Assembly (NCBI GenBank): GCA_963790445.1
Contig: CAWBON010000016.1
Span: forward strand, 37,501-101,500
From: an uncultured Alphaproteobacteria bacterium
GTDB lineage: Bacteria > Pseudomonadota > Alphaproteobacteria > Acetobacterales > Acetobacteraceae
Direction: 5' to 3'
Length of the DNA stretch: 64,000 nt
The translations under genes and the position numbers were made by a program. Of the stretch, positions 61,279-64,000 are shown one piece after another. Within the stretch, counting starts at the first letter, position 1, and every line of letters starts with the position of its first letter. The notes under the pieces are model-generated. The model had not been told where the DNA came from, did no database searches, and saw nothing but the letters and a program-made list of their open reading frames with translations.

Positions 61279-62229
61279 ATGCCCTGGCTGATACGCCGCA
61301 TTGGCGTCGCCATCATTCTGGTCTGGGTCGTCGCAAGCATCGTGTTCCTGGCGATCCGACTGGTGCCTGGGGATCCGGCCGAACTGCTGCTGTCGCAGGG
61401 CGGCGTCGCGCCCGATCCCGCCACGGTGGCAGAGCTGCACGAGCAGCTTGGCCTCGATCGGCCCGTCCTGACGCAGTACATCGACAACTTCCGCCATCTG
61501 TTGAGCGGCGATCTCGGCCGGTCGCTGGAGGACGGCAGTTCGGTCGCCGATGAAATTGGCCAACGACTACCGCGCACGCTCGAGCTGATCGGGGTCGCCG
61601 CGCTTTTGGCCGTGCTGCTCGGCATCCCCGGCGGACTGCTCGCGGCTATCGGACGCGGGGGGCTGCTCGACCGGATCGGCAGCTACCTGTCGGCGCTCGC
61701 GCTTTCCGTGCCGGTATTCGTCGTCGGTACGCTGCTGGTGCTGCTGTTTGCACAAACCCTGCGTTGGGTGCCGGCCGGCGGCTACGTGCCGCTTGCGCAG
61801 GATCCACTGGAGCATCTCACGTTGTTGGCGATGCCGGCGTTCACCATCGCCCTCGGCCTCGCCGCAACGGTGTTCCGAATGACTCGCGCCTCGGTGCTCG
61901 ACGTGTCGCAGCGCGACTTCGTGCGCACCGCGCGCGCGAAGGGTGTGGAACCGTATCGGGTCATGTTCCACCACGTGCTGCGCAATGCGCTGATGCCCGT
62001 CGTGACGGTGCTGGCACTGCATCTCGGCACCTTGCTCGGCGGCACTGTGCTGGTGGAATACGTGTTCAATTATCCCGGCCTCTCCGGCCTGCTGGTGGAG
62101 GCTGTCAACGCGCGCGACTATCCCATGGTGGAAGGCGTCGTGCTGGTAATCTCGGTGCTGTTCGTGGCGCTGAACCTCGCGGTCGATCTGCTCTATGCCG
62201 CGCTTGACCCCCGCGTGCGCACCACATGA
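61279..62229 (+). CDS. ABC transporter permease (DppB/OppB-like)
   Basis: Intact 316 aa. 'RLVPGDPAELL', 'DFVRTARAKGV' EAA loop. Confidence 0.85.
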   Translation: MPWLIRRIGVAIILVWVVASIVFLAIRLVPGDPAELLLSQGGVAPDPATVAELHEQLGLDRPVLTQYIDNFRHLLSGDLGRSLEDGSSVADEIGQRLPRTLELIGVAALLAVLLGIPGGLLAAIGRGGLLDRIGSYLSALALSVPVFVVGTLLVLLFAQTLRWVPAGGYVPLAQDPLEHLTLLAMPAFTIALGLAATVFRMTRASVLDVSQRDFVRTARAKGVEPYRVMFHHVLRNALMPVVTVLALHLGTLLGGTVLVEYVFNYPGLSGLLVEAVNARDYPMVEGVVLVISVLFVALNLAVDLLYAALDPRVRTT

Positions 62230-64000
62230 CGCGAGTCCGCCTCGGCCCCGTCATCACAGTCGCCGCCATTGCACTGGTCGCCCTGCTGGTGCCGGTGCTG
62301 CCGTTGGCTGACCCGCTGCACATCGACGTCGCCGCACCATCTGTTCCCGCCTTCGATGGGTCATCTGCTCGGGCAGGATGAATACGGCCGCGACGTGCTG
62401 TCGCGTCTGTTGTGGGGCGCGCGCACCTCGCTGGTGGTTGCTGGTTCATCCACGTTGCTCGCCTGCATCGTCGGCACCGTCCTTGGCCTGGTGGGCGGCT
62501 TCTTCCGTGGCGTGGCGGAATTTCTCGCCGTGCGCAGCATGGACATCGTGCTGTGCTTTCCGCCGCTGCTGCTCGCTCTGTTGATCGTGACGCTGCTCGG
62601 ACCTGGCGCACGCACGCTGATCCCTGTGCTCGCTGTGCTGTATCTGCCGGGCTTCGTACGGGTGGTTTATGCCGGCGTCCTGTCGGTGCGTTCGCAGGAT
62701 TATGTGGAAGCAGTGCGTGCGCTCGGCGCCGGTCCGATCCGCATCATGCTGCGCACCATCCTGCCCAATGTCGCCGGTCCCGTTCTGGTGCAGTTCAGCC
62801 TGGCGGCAGCATCGGCAGTGGTGCTTGAAGTCGGGGCTGTCGTTCCTTGGACTGGGTGTCGTGCCGCCCGCCCCATCGTGGGGTCTGATGATCGGTGCCG
62901 CGCGCGCCACCATGGCGCAGGCACCGCTGCTGCTTCTGTGGCCGTGCGCTGCGTTAAGTCTGACGATTCTGGCGCTGAACGCGTTGTGCGATGCATTGCG
63001 CGACGCGGTTGATCCGCACACGCTTCCTGCCCGGGCACCAAGACGAGCGAAGCAACCCGCGCCTCCGGCGACACGCGCGCCAGGCGGTACCGCGGTGCTG
63101 GACGTGCGCAACCTGAGCGTCGAGATCGAAACGCCCGGCGGCACTATCCATCCGGTGCGTGACGTTTCGTTCGCCGTGCGTGCCGGCGAGACGGTTGCGA
63201 TCGTGGGAGAGAGCGGATCAGGAAAATCCCTGACCGGCCTTGCACTTCTCGGCCTGTTGCCGCCGGCCGCACATGTCAGCCAAGGCAGCGCGTGGCTGCA
63301 AGGCCACGATCTGCTGCGCCTCACCGACGCCAGGTTTCGCGGCGTGCGCGGCGGCGTTCTGTCGATGATATTTCAGGATCCGCTGTCCAGCCTCAACCCG
63401 GTGCATCGGATCGGAGCACAGATCGCCGAAGCGATGCATGCGCATTTCGCGCTGTCATCGCAGGAGGCAAGGGAAGAGACGATTGCGCTGCTCGACCGCG
63501 TCGGCATGCCGGACTCGAATCGGCGGGCCCGCGCGTTTCCGCATGAACTGTCCGGCGGCATGCGGCAACGTACCATGATTGCCATGGCGATTGCCAACGA
63601 CCCACGGCTGCTGATTGCCGACGAGCCCACGACGGCGCTGGATGTCACTATTCAGGCACAGGTGCTCGACCTGCTGGCCGCTCTGCGCCGCGAGCTTGGC
63701 ATGGGTCTGGTATTCATTACCCACAGCCTGCCGGTGGTGTCCGAAATCGCGGACCAGGTGCTGGTGATGTACGCCGGTGAAATCGTCGAGCAGGGACCGA
63801 TGCGCGAAATCTTTGCCGCGCCATTGCATCCCTATACCGCCGCACTGCTGCAAAGCGCGCCGCGGGAGGATGGCATTTTGCCGATCGGTATTCCCGGCAC
63901 CGTTCCGTTGCCGCACGCCATGCCACCCGGCTGTGCTTTCGCCCCGCGTTGCACGATGCGGCATCGACCACTGCAATGCGCAGCGTCCGTCGCTTGTCGA
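62226..64000 (+). CDS. fused ABC transporter permease (DppC-like)/ATP-binding protein, 3' partial (2 frameshifts)
   Basis: Permease 'GQDEYGRDVLSRLLWGAR...' continues without a stop through a linker 'PARAPRRAKQPAPPATRAP' into the ATPase: Walker A 'GESGSGKS', 'LSGGMRQR', 'LLIADEPTTALD'. Confidence 0.75.

Noticed and set aside
1-64000. Programmed ribosomal frameshifting as the explanation for the split genes
   Set aside because: The breaks occur in dozens of unrelated genes without slippery heptamers or downstream structures, and several coincide with simple homopolymer length differences. Indel error or decay is a far simpler explanation.

Overview
High-G+C chromosomal segment, judged by eye rather than computed. 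Gene content and a characteristic REP-like repeat suggest an alphaproteobacterium of the Bradyrhizobiaceae type (inference). I can support about 65 genes. Most are core metabolism and transport: etfAB-hbd, hyuAB, a Dpp-like ABC transporter, queC, moeB, an acyl-CoA ligase, an MscS-type channel, a hyf-like six-gene membrane complex, and one tRNA-Gly(CCC). Main observations: (1) many genes are split across reading frames, and where I could inspect the junction it lies in a homopolymer run. (2) A thioredoxin-fold gene has an in-frame TGA at its redox-motif position (WASW-TGA-GC), followed directly by a stem-loop, making it a selenoprotein candidate that the ORF track splits. (3) An orphan, translationally coupled two-gene cassette (about 722 aa plus 314 aa, minus strand, 10896-14004) matches no family I recognise. 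(4) The hyf-like complex has a 'large subunit' missing 3 of the 4 [NiFe]-ligand cysteines, which fits an Ehr-type complex rather than a hydrogenase. (5) A nitrile-hydratase-family enzyme has its beta subunit split into two genes. (6) Two visibly lower-G+C islets are present. One carries an Rx4H (HEPN-like) protein and abuts a truncated ParE/RHH module. The other carries two paralogous small exported peptides. No CRISPR array, rRNA, transposase or integrase was seen. Coordinates I derived by hand rather than from the ORF track may be off by 1-3 nt.
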